Positions 12,756 through 32,498 of a stretch of DNA of 64,000 nucleotides are shown one piece after another. The notes below the pieces were generated by a model. That model searched no databases. It had not been told where the DNA came from and was given only the letters and a program-made list of their open reading frames with translations. This DNA comes from Eledone cirrhosa (taxonomy: Eukaryota). The number at the start of each line of letters is the position of its first letter. The stretch's first letter is position 1. Made by a program: the position numbers and the translations under genes. The stretch lies in assembly GCA_964016885.1 (NCBI GenBank), contig OZ024760.1:13950001-14014000 (forward strand), written 5' to 3'.

Positions 12756-13718
12756 TCTATAGACCTCGTATGGCATGATTGCTTTATTAAAACGTCGCGC
12801 TAAACAAATGAAGAAACGGTGTATAGCTAAATGAAAATCTAATATTTATTATTATTTTGCTGCTAATTCCAATAACTTGTCATTAAATTGTTTATCTGCT
12901 TATAAAATATTTTTCAAACTATTTCGTCGTTTAGCTTTTTGGCACAAATTTCATTATCACTTCATATTTTTTTCTTTCCGTTCTATTAATTAATGCTATT
13001 TTAATAAATTACTTTCACTTGTGAGTTCATATTTATCATTATTTTTATTATTATTTTTGTTGCTTTTTTTGGTTTTGTTATTTCATATATTTCATTTACG
13101 AAATTAATAACACTCATTTATTGGAATCTAAAATTCTAAAGGCAATGTCGAAGTGTATTGCTGAGGAATGAGATGAAATGACGACCAAGTGTAAAAGAGA
13201 TTTCATCTAAATCAACAAATTAATAAGTATGCTTATAAATCATTTATGCCAGTAGGGGTCGCCGTGGAAATGTTACAAATTATTGTGGTTGAATTAAATT
13301 TTGTTATCTATTTAGAATTTGTGTGTTTGTCACTGTAATTTAATCTTGTTTTGTAGGGTGGGGTGGTTTGTTGAATTAGTTCCCTCTGAACTATGGTAAC
13401 TAATCACATATTCCACCATTTCACCTTACTTATGTCTTCTTCATTGCTTGAGAATATTGTTTTCTTAATGAGTTATATATTCGTTATAGTTCAAACTGTC
13501 AAATTCTTGATAAGATACGAAGGGTTTGTTTTTTTTTACATAGAAAGATTCCAAATAAAATTGAGAGAGAGAGAGAACCACCCTGTAGTGGACTGATAGT
13601 TTATCTATCGATCTTGAAAGGGTGAAAGGCAGTTGATTTCGGCGGCATTTGAACGGAGAGCGCTGAGAACCTGATCATTTCTTTTTTTTACATGTCTCTA
13701 ATTGTTGTATCTCTGTAA

Positions 13719-13749
13719 ATTATAAGAAAACCACACACATACACACATG

Positions 13750-13842
<93 letters not shown>

Positions 13843-13990
13843 TAATATAGAAATGGCTTCTACAGGACTAGAACTGTTACATCCTGATAATTTCTAGTCC
13901 TGAAATAAAAGCCATTTCTATATTAAATTTTATATATATATATATATATGTGTGTATATATATATGTGTGTGTGTGGTTTTCTTATAATT
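13719..13990. repeat. foldback palindrome built around microsatellites, probably a Penelope-like remnant
   Basis: Outer arms aattataagaaaaccacacaca / tgtgtgtggttttcttataatt. Inner arms ttaatatagaaatggctt..aggactagaa / ttctagtcct..aagccatttctatattaa. Confidence 0.7.
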
Positions 13991-14374
13991 TTCATGTAAA
14001 CTTTTATATATATATATATCTATATATATATGTAGATAGATACTTGTGTGTCAGTGTGTATATATAGATAGCTTCAATGTATGTTTGTGTGTATATCTGT
14101 ATTTGACGTAGAACTGTGTACAACCTGTTTTAACTGTTACAGAAGAAACTCTCTTGTTTTAAACTATTTTAAAAGAACTGTACAGTTTATGTTGTTATAA
14201 TCGACTTTACAAAGCAACTAAGAAACCGTAATTGAATTAAATAGAAAGAAATGGACTGTAAGCATTGTGACACCTTTCTTTGATCTTATATTTCTCATTT
14301 ATTTCTCAGGTACGAATACTGTAATGCTTACATTTATTTTTATGTTTTCACTTTTTTTTTACTTTTTGTTTGAT

Positions 14375-14690
14375 GCTTTCTCTCTTTCTTACTCTCTGTC
14401 TCTCTCTCATTCTGTCTCTCTCTCATTCTCTATCTCTCTTTCTTTCTTTTTCTCACTCTTTCTCTTTCTTTCTCTCTCTTTATCTATCTATTTCTTGTTC
14501 TCTCTCTATCTCTCTCTCATTCTTTATCTCTTTCTTTCTTTCTCTCTCTCGTTCTTTCTTTCATTCTCTTTCTCTCTATCTCTCTCTCTATCTCTTTCTC
14601 TCTATCTCTTTCTTTCTTTTTTTCTTTCTATATCTTTTTCTCTCTTTATCTATCTATTTCTTTTTCACTCACTCTCTCTCTCTCTCATTA
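14375..14690. repeat. (CT)/(CTTT)-rich low-complexity tract
   Basis: Pyrimidine-rich degenerate microsatellite. Confidence 0.9.
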
Positions 14691-15172
14691 TTATAATGTA
14701 AAAGATATGAAAACGGTTCCCAACTTTGTCTAACATCTCAATACTAGTCTGATAAATGTGTGAATCCAATTTCTTTGAAGCTCTTTAGCTTGAAAGTTAT
14801 CAAAGATGCAGACGACTTAAACAGCACTAAAACTTTGGTTTTTTTATATATTTATTTCTCAGAATTCTTCCAAAATTCCATAAAAAGTTTATTAATTGAT
14901 GAGTTTTTTTTTTGTTTATATATAGAAAATATATGAGAGAATGATTGATTATTGAACCGCAAGCTACAATTAGTAATATATTTTAGTTACAGGCCATCTC
15001 ATGAACCGTTCCAAACGATTATAAATAACCAATAATCTTTTGCACTAGTCTTCTGTCTAGAAGCAATGGTCTCACTTACTCCGGTGCACGTTTGCCTCCA
15101 TTTCTCGCTCATAAACTTTCTTTCTGCCCCCCCCCCCCCTCTCTCTCTCTTTCTCCACCAGGTGTTACAAGT

Positions 15173-15440
15173 CCATCCATACACATATCCATCCATCCAT
15201 ACACATATCCATCCATCCATACACATATCCATCCATCCATACACATATCCATCCATCCATACACATATCCATCCATCCATACACATATCCATCCATCCAT
15301 ACACATATCCATCCATCCATACACATATCCATCCATCCATACACATATCCATCCATCCATACACATATCCATCCATCCATACACATATCCATCCATCCAT
15401 ACACATATCCATCCATCCATACACATATCCATCCATCCAT
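15173..15440. repeat. 20-bp tandem repeat (acacatatccatccatccat), ~13 copies
   Basis: Perfect tandem repeats. Confidence 0.97.
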
Positions 15441-15951
15441 ATATACATTCACACATCCATACATACATAAATCAGTATACAGTGACGTAATAACAAACAA
15501 ACAAATAAATAAATAATTAAATACGCTAACTAAAACTATAAATGGTCGGTGATTAAGGTAGTGATATCTAGAAATTTATAAATTTATATTTAAACAAAAT
15601 TCTTAATTAGGAAAATGTAATTCTACTCCGCCCACCGCATAAAATTATTCACAAATTTCTCTAATCAATATTCTTCAATACAAACAAATATAAAATCCTG
15701 GGTATACCATGAAATGATAATTTTGAATTCGGGATTGGTAAAATGATGAAATTAGATAATAAATAAAAGGAATTATCGAGGAAAAAGGTGTGTGAGGTAA
15801 GGGGAGAGGAGTTCGACATTATGTAAATACAGACAAGCTAAGCTAGTAACAAGAATAACAACAACGATAATGACAACCGCAACAAACCCGCCAACTCACC
15901 CCTACATAGACATACAGATACATAGATACACAAACATTAAGCAATAACAAT

Positions 15952-16920
15952 TGACAGACACAGACAGACACAGACAGACAGACACAGACAGACAGACACA
16001 GACAGACAGACACAGACAGACAGACACAGACAGACAGACACAGACAGACAGACACAGACAGACAGACACAGACAGACAGACACAGACAGACAGACACAGA
16101 CAGACAGACACAGACAGACAGACACAGACAGACAGACACAGACAGACAGACAGAGACAGACAGACAGACACAGACAGACAGACACAGACAGACAGACACA
16201 GACAGACAGACACAGACAGACAGACACAGACAGACAGACACAGACAGACAGACACAGACAGACAGACACAGACAGACAGACACAGACAGACAGACACAGA
16301 CAGACAGACACAGACAGACAGACACAGACAGACAGACACAGACAGACAGACAGACACAGACAGACAGACAGACACAGACAGACAGACACAGACAGACAGA
16401 CACAGACAGACAGACACAGACAGACAGACACAGACAGACAGACACAGACAGACAGACACAGACAGACAGACACAGACAGACAGACACAGACAGACACAGA
16501 CAGACAGACACAGACAGACAGACACAGACAGACAGACACAGACAGACAGACACAGACAGACAGACACAGACAGACAGACACAGACAGACAGACACAGACA
16601 GACACAGACAGACAGACACAGACAGACAGACACAGACAGACAGACACAGACACAGACAGACACAGACACAGACAGACAGACACAGACAGACAGACACAGA
16701 CAGACAGACAGACAGACACAGACAGACAGACACAGACAGACAGACAGACACAGACAGACAGACACAGACAGACAGACACAGACAGACAGACACAGACAGA
16801 CACAGACAGACAGACAGACAGACAGACACAGACGGAGAGACAGACGGAGAGACACAGAGAGACACAGAGAGACACACACACACACTCACACACAGTTACA
16901 CACACACACACAGTTACACA
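15952..16920. repeat. compound (GACA)n/(CA)n microsatellite, ~14-bp period
   Basis: cacagacagacaga reiterated. Confidence 0.97.
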
Positions 16921-17649
16921 CAAATTAAGATTATTAATACAAAAAAAAACGAAGAAATTAAAGACAATGGTAATTTAGTTGAACAGGTTTGAGTTTTCTA
17001 TAACGCCATTTTCTTCTTCTGCTTCTTCTGCCTCTTCTTCTTCTGCCTCTTCTTCTTCTGCTTCTTCTGCTTCTTCTTCTTCTTCCTCTTTAAAACACCA
17101 CCACCACCATCACAACAACACCAACAATATACATATTAATAACAGGAATCTTATTTCCGTTATTTTTCTGTTACATCAATTCACAAAAATTAATCAATTA
17201 TTGCATACATAGAATTGATATAGAATTTTTTGAATATTTCCGTATTTAGTTTCAGAAATCCAACTCGGTATAATAACAACAAATAATAATAATAACAACA
17301 TAATAATAATAATAACAACAATAATACTAATAATTATAGTAATAAGTAAAATTAATATAAATAATATAATTTGAATAAATATAAAATAATATAAAATAAA
17401 ATGAAATAAAAGTTAAACCTGATGTAATCTATCAACAATATTTTCAACATATTTCAGTATAGAAAATTGATGGACTTCCGTCGGTTGCGACGACGGAAGT
17501 TTCAGTTGTTAGTTGGGACAACTGAAGAGGCTGAAATGGACTGGAAATGGACAAGAAATAGATGTGAAATGTACGTGTAAATGTATGGACGACATTCTAC
17601 TGACACCTGTACCGATAACATAATCCTCATTCTTATCCCAGGGAGATTT

Positions 17650-17840
17650 ATAATTGTTTCTACTTAGGCACAAGGCGAGCACTCATTCCAGTGTATTACT
17701 GGTACTTTATTCTATCAACCCCGTAAGGATGAAAGGCAAAGTTAACCTCGGCGGGATTTGAACTCTGAACGTAAAGGGCCGTTACTCTATACTGCAAAGC
17801 ATGGCATCCGACCCTCTACCGATACAGCCAATTCACCGCA
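17650..17840 (-). mobile_element. SINE, same family as 5682-5854
   Basis: ctggtactttattctatcaaccccgtaaggatgaaaggcaaagttaacctcggcgggatttgaactc...gcatggcatccgaccctctaccgatacagccaattcaccgc. A truncated second copy lies at 18040-18146. Confidence 0.8.
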
Positions 17841-18369
17841 AATCGCAAACCCCAGGACTTACAAATATATACAGCATACAAAAGATAGCACCACTAGACA
17901 CTGCACCGCACATATTTTAAATAGTACTATCAATACAATAGAAACATCAGCAAAAACTACACTGCACATACTCAAGGTACAGAGCTGAGCTCGGTAATGC
18001 AGTAATGATGTGCAATAAAAATAATAATGAAAATAATAATAATTGTTTCTACTTTAGGCACAAGGCCAGCAATTATTCAGTGCATTACTGGTACTTTATT
18101 TTATCGACCCCGTAAGGATGAAAGGCAAAGTTAACCTTGGCGGGATATAATAATAATGATGTATTTTATGCATAGATTGTTTCTAGCGTATAAATTTCCT
18201 AATTTACAGTGGAACCAGGTGCGAAAAAATGCAACAAGTGTCATTACACAACTCGGAGAGTCTATAACCAGATCAAAACTGAAAAGAAAGGAAGAAAAAA
18301 CAAAACAAGAAAGGAATATTTCCATAAGTAAGTAAGACATAATTTATTGATTATTGATTTATATTAAAT

Positions 18370-19380
18370 GTGGTTAGATTATAAAAACAGTGGAAAATGT
18401 ACCGATGTACCGACATACAGATGTTCGTTCTTTGAACTTCAGAAAAACATTATAAAACGGCGCGTGAAAATATTCAAGTCTAGATAAAGCAGCAGCCACA
18501 ACAATAAAAAGGTTTATTGAGCATGCCATGACTAAGTGGTAAATAATTCTACAAATAGAAAACATAGAAACTGAAGGGGAAACTATAAAAACTGAACCCA
18601 TCCTAATCAACAGACGGATATTTCAAAGGGACTCCCCTATCACCACTGCTCTTCTACTTAACATTAACACCATTTACTGAGGTACTAAACCGAACTGGGC
18701 TAGGGTATAAATGTCTACAATAATAAAATTAATCATCTGCCCTATATATGGATGACATAAAATTGTATGCCGCAAAATGAAACACAACTTAAAACACTAC
18801 TCCATACAGTTACATGGAGTTACTAAAGAGATAGGCATGAAATTTGGACTAGAAAAATTGCGCCAAGGCAACCCTGAAGAGAGGAAAGGCTAATGGAAAA
18901 CAGAAATATCATACTAGATAAAGAAACTGAGATAAGAGAATTAGATGAAACACAGCCTTTAATATTCTGAACTGGACAGTAAAAGAACTAGCTGGAACAG
19001 ACAGAAAAACAAGAAAAATAATGACCTACGTTTAGAATACACCACCTTAAATCAGATGTAGAAAGATGGAGAAACTATCCAAATATAAAGATCTAGAGAT
19101 AGAAATAACCCAAATGTGGATGTTGAAGACAGAAACAATACATATAATTATAGGTACTCTAGCAATGATAAAAGAGCACCACAGACAAATACATAACCAA
19201 AACCCCAGGACTTACAAATATGTACAACATACAAAAAAATAGCACTACTAGGCACCGCAAACATATTACAAAGAATACTCTCAATACTATAGAACAAACA
19301 CATCCAAAACCCGCACTGCACATATCCGAGGTGCACAGAGCTGTGCTCAGTCATGCAGTAGTAACGCGAAAAAAATAATA
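18370..19380 (+). mobile_element. decayed Dong/R4-like (RLE) LINE, RT and 3' end
   Basis: Frameshifted motifs INRRIFQRDS, INHL.YMDDIKLYA, IGMKFGLEK.CAK, EKLSKYKDLEIEITQMW, KIALLGTANILQRILSI. A 3' fragment of the same family with an (AAT)n tail lies at 17848-18042. Confidence 0.85.
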
Positions 19381-19479
19381 CACATGCGTAGACATATGGA
19401 TAGATATATACATTCGTGTACGTCTTTCTCGTATGTCTGTCTGTCTGTATGTATGTATGTATGTGTGCGTGTGTATTGG

Positions 19480-20071
19480 TGCTACTGGTAACATGTATCC
19501 CAGTACAACCTGTCTCATGGTCGCGTCGTTGGCGACTAAACTGGCAACCCCACCAAGGTTTCTTGGTGAATGAGGGTGACTTTGGACATCCTGCAGGACT
19601 AAAAACAAATCCTGCCAAAGGGCAAAGGCGCTCTTAAGAGTCAATGGCCATTCAAAATCAACGGAGAGAGATGACCCCTTAGCCTTTGTCATGGCAGAAT
19701 TCTAGGAGAAGGAAAACTCTGATATAACACCTGCAACTCTGATGGTATCCAATGATGTTGACTTGTTCTTCTTTTTGGTAAATATCTTCTTGGTTAAGAG
19801 AGTGGGACTGGCTTTGTGCAGTGCCTTTGCTCACTATAAAAGCTTCAGGGCACAGGCATTGCTTTATATCTGGAGATCTCTCTGCACTTGTCGTCACATG
19901 GTACCATGGGCCCAGCACTGGTCAATAATTGTCACACGTGTAGTGTTTGTACCAGAGTTTTCAAGTCGCTGGCTGGACTAAGAAGTCACACTTGTTCAGC
20001 TGCATCGGTAGGGGTTCTCCTACATGGATATAAAGTAGTGGCCGTACTCGAAAACGAGTTGGCAGCCACCA
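19480..20071 (+). mobile_element. RTE-like LINE 3' end with C2H2 finger
   Basis: Encodes CHTCSVCTRVFKSLAGLRSH and ends in a microsatellite tail. A near-identical inverted copy lies at 61439-62040. Confidence 0.7.
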
Positions 20072-20120
20072 TGTGTGTGTGTATGTGTCTGTGTGTGTGT
20101 ATACATATATTATATATATA

Positions 20121-20219
20121 CAGGGTGTCCAAAAAATAATATACATACTTCAAAACCATTCTAATAAATATTGCCTGTATAAGTAATTAAAGTTTGTATA
20201 CATTTTTGAGAACACCCTG
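20121..20219. mobile_element. Tc1/mariner-type MITE (99 bp)
   Basis: TA|CAGGGTGTCCAAAAA ... TTTTTGAGAACACCCTG|TA terminal inverted repeats with TA flanks. A similar lone end lies at ~50648. Confidence 0.75.
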
Positions 20220-20234
20220 TATAATATATATATA

Positions 20235-20278
<44 letters not shown>

Positions 20279-20655
20279 CTACACACACATATATTATGTA
20301 TGTATGTATACACACATATTCCTATATAACAACCCCCCCCCCAACCCACCCACACACACTCACACATTTATATTCAGAGAAATGATAAGTGATAAGTATG
20401 TGACTTATCTATTATCTCAATACTATTAAGTATTTACATATATTACTTTATATCTATGATACATTTTTTTAAAACATTTTTTTTCCTCTTTTACTCGATA
20501 GCTATAGTATCTGTATATATTTCTGTTTGTAGTTGTTTTGTATTATATTACCTGAGTGTTAAGAGATATATATTTCAGCCTGAATGGTCTTGTAGTCCGG
20601 CCAGGCGCTGATTCATATCGCACAAGGCAAAATATTAGGATTATATTAACGTAAA

Positions 20656-20688
<33 letters not shown>

Positions 20689-20752
20689 TGTATGTATGGA
20701 TATATATATATAATATATCTGCGCGTGTGTGTGTTTGTATATATACATGTGG

Positions 20753-20783
<31 letters not shown>

Positions 20784-20796
20784 CTGTATGAACGTA

Positions 20797-20834
<38 letters not shown>

Positions 20835-21609
20835 GTATATATAAACAAATATATGAAGTTATGTATGTAAGCATAAATGTTTCAATATATATATGTTTGT
20901 ATGTATATATATTATATATATATATATATCGATGCGTATTACTATGACAACAATGTTTAGATTTATGCAAATGAGTATATATATATATATATATATATGT
21001 GTGTCAAGTTAGCTTGAAGCATTGTGGAATAACATGTATGTATGTATGTATGTATGTATGCATGTAGATATGTTTGTGTATGTATCTGAGCACGCCCCTG
21101 GGATTCTATAGTACTTTCCCAATATATCAGATAAAATGACATTAAAGTTCAAAAATCGCCTCTGCCGCACGTTTGATGCTAGCCGTAACCAAGCGATGCT
21201 TAATGCTGTCAGGAAATTCTACAACGTGTGTCTTTAGTAGAAAGCTACGTTATTGTAACTATGCTGCATTCTACATGACAAAACAGCAGTATTCATGAAC
21301 TCCTGATAAAACTCCTCATAAATACACAATTCTACGCATAAATTTCTGATTTACCACCATAATATATCATATATGTATTATATATATTTTAAAACAAGTT
21401 GTGTTGCTAAAATTGTGTTTTGTAGACCTCATATTTTGGATAAAAAGGCCTGTATGTATGTATGTATGTATGTATGTATGTATGTATGTATGTATGTATG
21501 TATGTATGTATGTATACCTTATGGTATCTATGTATCGATGTTATGACTTTCATATATACACACACACACTGAACACAACCCCCCTCTCTCTCTATCTTTC
21601 TCTCTCTCT

Positions 21610-21663
<54 letters not shown>

Positions 21664-22304
21664 CTGCCTGTGGCCCGAAGACCAACAAATCAGACACCAT
21701 ATATATATTCTTCTTTTCTATATTTATTAAATAGATTTAGTTGTTTATTGATTCCTATTTGAGGCTTTGGTTAACTCCACAACACAGTTCTTACCATAAT
21801 ATAACTTCTGTATGGTTCATTCACTGACCATATTCTCACATGTCTGCTACTGGTGATACCAATACAGGGGAACTGATGGTGGGAATTCTAGGGATTTCCC
21901 ATAAGAGAAGGACCTACATTGATCATCTGCAACGCTACATTGTTCTCAGAACCACTACACCAGTCTTTTGATGCGTGCAGCTGGAACTACTGCCAGCCAT
22001 TGATTTGGCAGGACATTACTGGTACATTATTTTATTGACCCCGTAAGGATGAAAGGCAAAGTTAACCTCGGTGGCGTCTGATACATTACAATGATACATT
22101 AAAGGTGTAGACAGTTAAGCAGGTGTTGCCAAGTATTAAAACAGCTACTCATCAAACCGGGCTTAACCTTGTTGCTTTGGTGTTTAAGCAACTCAGTTAA
22201 AAGATTCTTCCCTGGATAGGACACCAGTCTATTGTAGCCTTAAATGACAACCTATGTTGCTATTGCTAGTCCTAATTTTCAACATGGAGCAACATAGAAT
22301 CAAG

Positions 22305-28736
<6,432 letters not shown>

Positions 28737-28936
28737 NNNNNNNNNNNNNNNNNNNNNNNNNNNNNNNNNNNNNNNNNNNNNNNNNNNNNNNNNNNNNNNN
28801 NNNNNNNNNNNNNNNNNNNNNNNNNNNNNNNNNNNNNNNNNNNNNNNNNNNNNNNNNNNNNNNNNNNNNNNNNNNNNNNNNNNNNNNNNNNNNNNNNNNN
28901 NNNNNNNNNNNNNNNNNNNNNNNNNNNNNNNNNNNN
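28737..28936. other. assembly gap (200 N)
   Basis: Run of N. Confidence 1.
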
Positions 28937-29270
28937 TGCCAAGGCTGGCAAAGAAATGAAGGAAGCATGCTCCGTTAGATGTTCGTCAACCATCGAGCAG
29001 AGATGAGTTGAGAGAGAAAATGGGTATGAGTTGTGGAGTGCTGGAGAGAAGAATAAGATGGTTTGCTGGGTAAACAAGTGCCAAGTAATTCCAGTAGAAG
29101 GAAGACGCAGTAGAGGAAGACTAGGAAAAACATAGACGGCGGTGGTGAGAGCAGACCTCAAATCGCTAACGATCACCAACGAGGTGAACAACGACCGGTA
29201 TAAGCCGAAAGAGGCGGTGCTCAATAGTACATGTCCCACACTTGAGAGCGAACGTATGATGATGATGACT
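28937..29270 (+). mobile_element. RTE LINE 3' end (copy A; paralogs ~32660-33410, ~37620-38395)
   Basis: RRIRWFAG*...VEGRRSRGRLGKT-like C-terminus and a (GAT)n tail; related to 62087-62525. Confidence 0.75.
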
Positions 29271-29919
29271 GTGCAAATGTTTCCTTATTTCTGCATAAAA
29301 AGTAATATACATAAACAAAGTAGATCATCTTCAACAAACGCTATATTGTCTTTAGCTTTCAACAATACGATTTCACAATAAAACATGAAATAAGAACAAA
29401 CTAATTCTCTAATATTTAATATTATATTGGCATCTGCTTCGCTGCTTAACTCTGACTGGTGGGCCTGCATTCATGTCTCGTCTGTTATTCTTCCACTTCA
29501 TTGCTTTCACAGGAACAATCAACAACTACTCTTTCTAACTATTAAAACCTTGCTCTAGCTTCAAATGTTCACTCTCGGGGATGTCTTTCCTACGGTCTGC
29601 ATTCTTCACTCTTTTCGACACATCTTTCCAGTTTCTTCACATCGGTCAAATCTTCAATCTTCGATCTGCACAATTTCCACTTTTTTTCACATCTAGGTTT
29701 TTCTATTCTATACATCAGTTAGTCTTAGTTTCAAGTTCTTATATTGTAAAATAATATCTTTCAACATGGAAGACAATATAGCACTTGTTGCTGAAGATAG
29801 ACTTTTATCATCTATATTATTCTCTCTCCAGCTACCAGTTAACATATCCATGCATAATATTTGCATGTGTGTCGTCATGTGTGTATATTTGAGAAAAGGA
29901 TAATGATAAAAAGATATAT

Positions 29920-30995
29920 ACATGGATGAGGAGAGTCACTTGGTGGTAGAACAATATGGTAGATGAGGCAGTTAAGGCTAAGAGACAGGCATGGAAAGAA
30001 TGGAAAAACAGGGCACATTACATAGAGACCAGGAGCGAAGCTAGGCGACAAGTATACTTAGCTAGAAGGGAGGTAGAAGATAGGAATTTCAAGCATCTTT
30101 TGCAACACGAGGAACAGAAACAGTTGTTCCAGATTACGAGGCAGTGTTTCAGAGAGAATTGTGATGTCATTGGACAAAAGTGTATCCAGAATGATAAAAG
30201 TCAGCTTGCACTCACAAGTGCTGAGAAGATGCGTGGAAGAGCCAGTATGAAATATTACTAAATGAGGAGAATGTATGGGAAAAAGATAACATACCCAAAG
30301 TGAACCCTATAGAGGGGCTAGCAGAACAAGTCAGCAGCAATGTAGTATGGCAATCAAAGATATGAAGACGGGGAAGGCAACCAGTCTATCAGGTATAGCT
30401 GCCGAGATGCTAAAGGCATCTGGGTCGGTAGATCAGACCATAACCACACGTATTGTTAACTAGGTAATACTAAAGGGCGTCGTACCAAACGATTCGTGCA
30501 GCAGCATCATGGTCAACTGATACAAAGGTAAAAGTGATGCACTAGATAGAGGAAACTATAGAGGTATAAAGCTGATGGACCAGGTCATGAAAGTAACAAA
30601 GAGTTAGAGCACAGTTGATTAGGAACAGGGTGAAACTACATGATATGCAATTGGGCTTTGTACCAGGAAAAGGCACCATCCATGTCCTCACCTTTGTGAG
30701 GCAGTTACAGGAAAAGTACCTAGCTAAAAGTAAGCCGCTCTACCTGGCATTTGTCGAAATGGAAAAAGCCTTCGACAGAGTCCACCATGCTATAATCTGG
30801 TGGGCTCTTAGAAAATTTGAAGTAGATGAATAGCTTATGAGGGCTGTACAAGCCATGTATAAAGAAACAATCAGCAGTTATCAATGACTAGAGCGAGGAA
30901 TTTAGCATGCAGGTCGGCGTACACCAGGGCTGTTCTTAGCCCTCTCCTTTTTATCATAGTCCTGCAGGCAATAACAAGAATTTAAAACCGGATGT
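29920..30995 (+). mobile_element. decayed RTE LINE linker and RT (copy A; paralogs 34050-35035, 39040-40015)
   Basis: WW*NNMVDEAVKAKRQAWKEWK, MKTGKA..PSGIAAEMLK, RGNYRGIKL, QLGFVPGKGT..QLQEKYLAKSKPLYLAFVEMEKAFDRV, VGVHQG. Confidence 0.9.
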
Positions 30996-32312
30996 CAGAT
31001 TATAGTCTAGACCATTTTAGTAGACAACTATGAAATGCCCTCCACAGCCAAGAACACTGGGCAGATCAGGTGGCCGTTACAAAAACTGCATATTGAGACA
31101 GGACCCTTTGCCAGAGGAGCTTCAGAGAGCAAAAAAAGATAAAGGAGGGCAAGGCCCATGGAGAAAATCGAGTGGCTACAGGTCATGTAGAGTTGTGATT
31201 TTCAGTTCTGGAGAAACGAGTTGCCCTGAACCAGTGGACGATCAGTAACTTCGTGCCACTGCCAAAGAAGGCAGATCTCTCTAACACCAACTACAGGGGG
31301 ACCTCACTTGTGGCAAAGACCCTCAACAGGGTGTGATTCTTAAGAGAATCCAGCCCTACATGGACAAAAAGCTCAAACAACCACAACAGCTTCAGAGATA
31401 AAGATCAACCAACGGTCACATCCTGATGAAGATATTTGAGGGAGCTAAAGCAAATTGCCTATAATTCTGACTATCGTCACTGCCTGATCAAGATTTTTGT
31501 GGAATACAAAAGTATCACTGCTCTACACGAACACTAAAGCCAAAGTCATTACACCCGAGTGCTCCAAGGAGCTACACCCATTGTTCAGTGGCTAAATACA
31601 GTTAAAGAAAAATATAATTGCTTTTCTTTCTCAGAGTAAGTCAGCGAAGGTAACGCACCACTAACAAAATCCCCTCCTACAAAAATGGTCAATAACCAAT
31701 CCAGCAGATAAACGTAATTATATTAAGAAAAAATTTCTTTTTAACAAAGGACAATTTTTACTGTTGAAGGCCTGTTTGTGGGCTTATGTAGGGTCGGGCA
31801 TCTCATAAATTCAGTATTTACGCAGAGTAATATAGATAAAAATACATCAACGACAAACACTATAGTCTCGCACTTTAAAGAATTCGCTTTTGCAATAAAA
31901 CAGGGAATCAATAAACTATCCGATTCAATAATATTTTATATTATATTGGCATCTGCTTGGCAGCGAACTCAAACTGCTGGGCCTGCATTCTTCTCTCTCG
32001 TCTGTTATGCTTGTACTTCATTGATTTTCACTGCAACAATCACCAGACACTTAGCACTGACCGAGACAACCAGCCTTGACAATTGAGTTTTATCAAATAA
32101 CTAAATTTCCTGCTAAGAGGGGAAACAACTCGTAATTTTATTAAAATATCCAAGAGTAAACTCCCTTTCCTAATTGAAATATGGCATAAACATTTGTAGA
32201 CGTATAAACACAAAAACACTATACATAATAACATGTGTACGTGTATACATACATAGACATATACTATTTCAACGCTGGCAATCTAGCTAAACTTATAGCT
32301 ACAACTAATAAT

Positions 32313-32498
32313 TGTTTCTACTTTTGGCACAAGGCCAGCAATTAGCCAGTACATTACTGGTACTTTATTTTATCCACCCCGTAAGGATGAAAGGCAAAGT
32401 TAACCTCGACGGGATTTGGACTCGGATCGTAAAGGGACGTAATTCTTTGCGTCAAAGCATGGCGTCCGACCCTCCACCGTTACTGCCAACCCACCGCC
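32313..32498 (-). mobile_element. full-length SINE with 17-bp TSD
   Basis: Reverse complement reads ggcggtgggttggcagtaacggtggagggtcggacgccatgc...; TSD tagctacaactaataat at 32296-32312 and 32499-32515. Confidence 0.9.

Noticed and set aside
15073-15125. Minus-strand donor GGA|gtaagt
   Set aside because: No pyrimidine-rich acceptor upstream and no supporting ORF.
14999-16928. Cys/Val/Ser-rich, TDRQ-rich and MDGW-rich ORFs (the latter superficially reflectin-like)
   Set aside because: Translations of perfect 20-bp and (GACA)n repeats with no codon-level variation.
20579-21240. Two possible plus-strand exons (LNGLVVRPGADSYRT; DKMTLKFKNRLCRTFDASRNQAMLNAVRKFYNVCL*)
   Set aside because: No convincing donor for the first, incompatible phases, and no recognisable protein.
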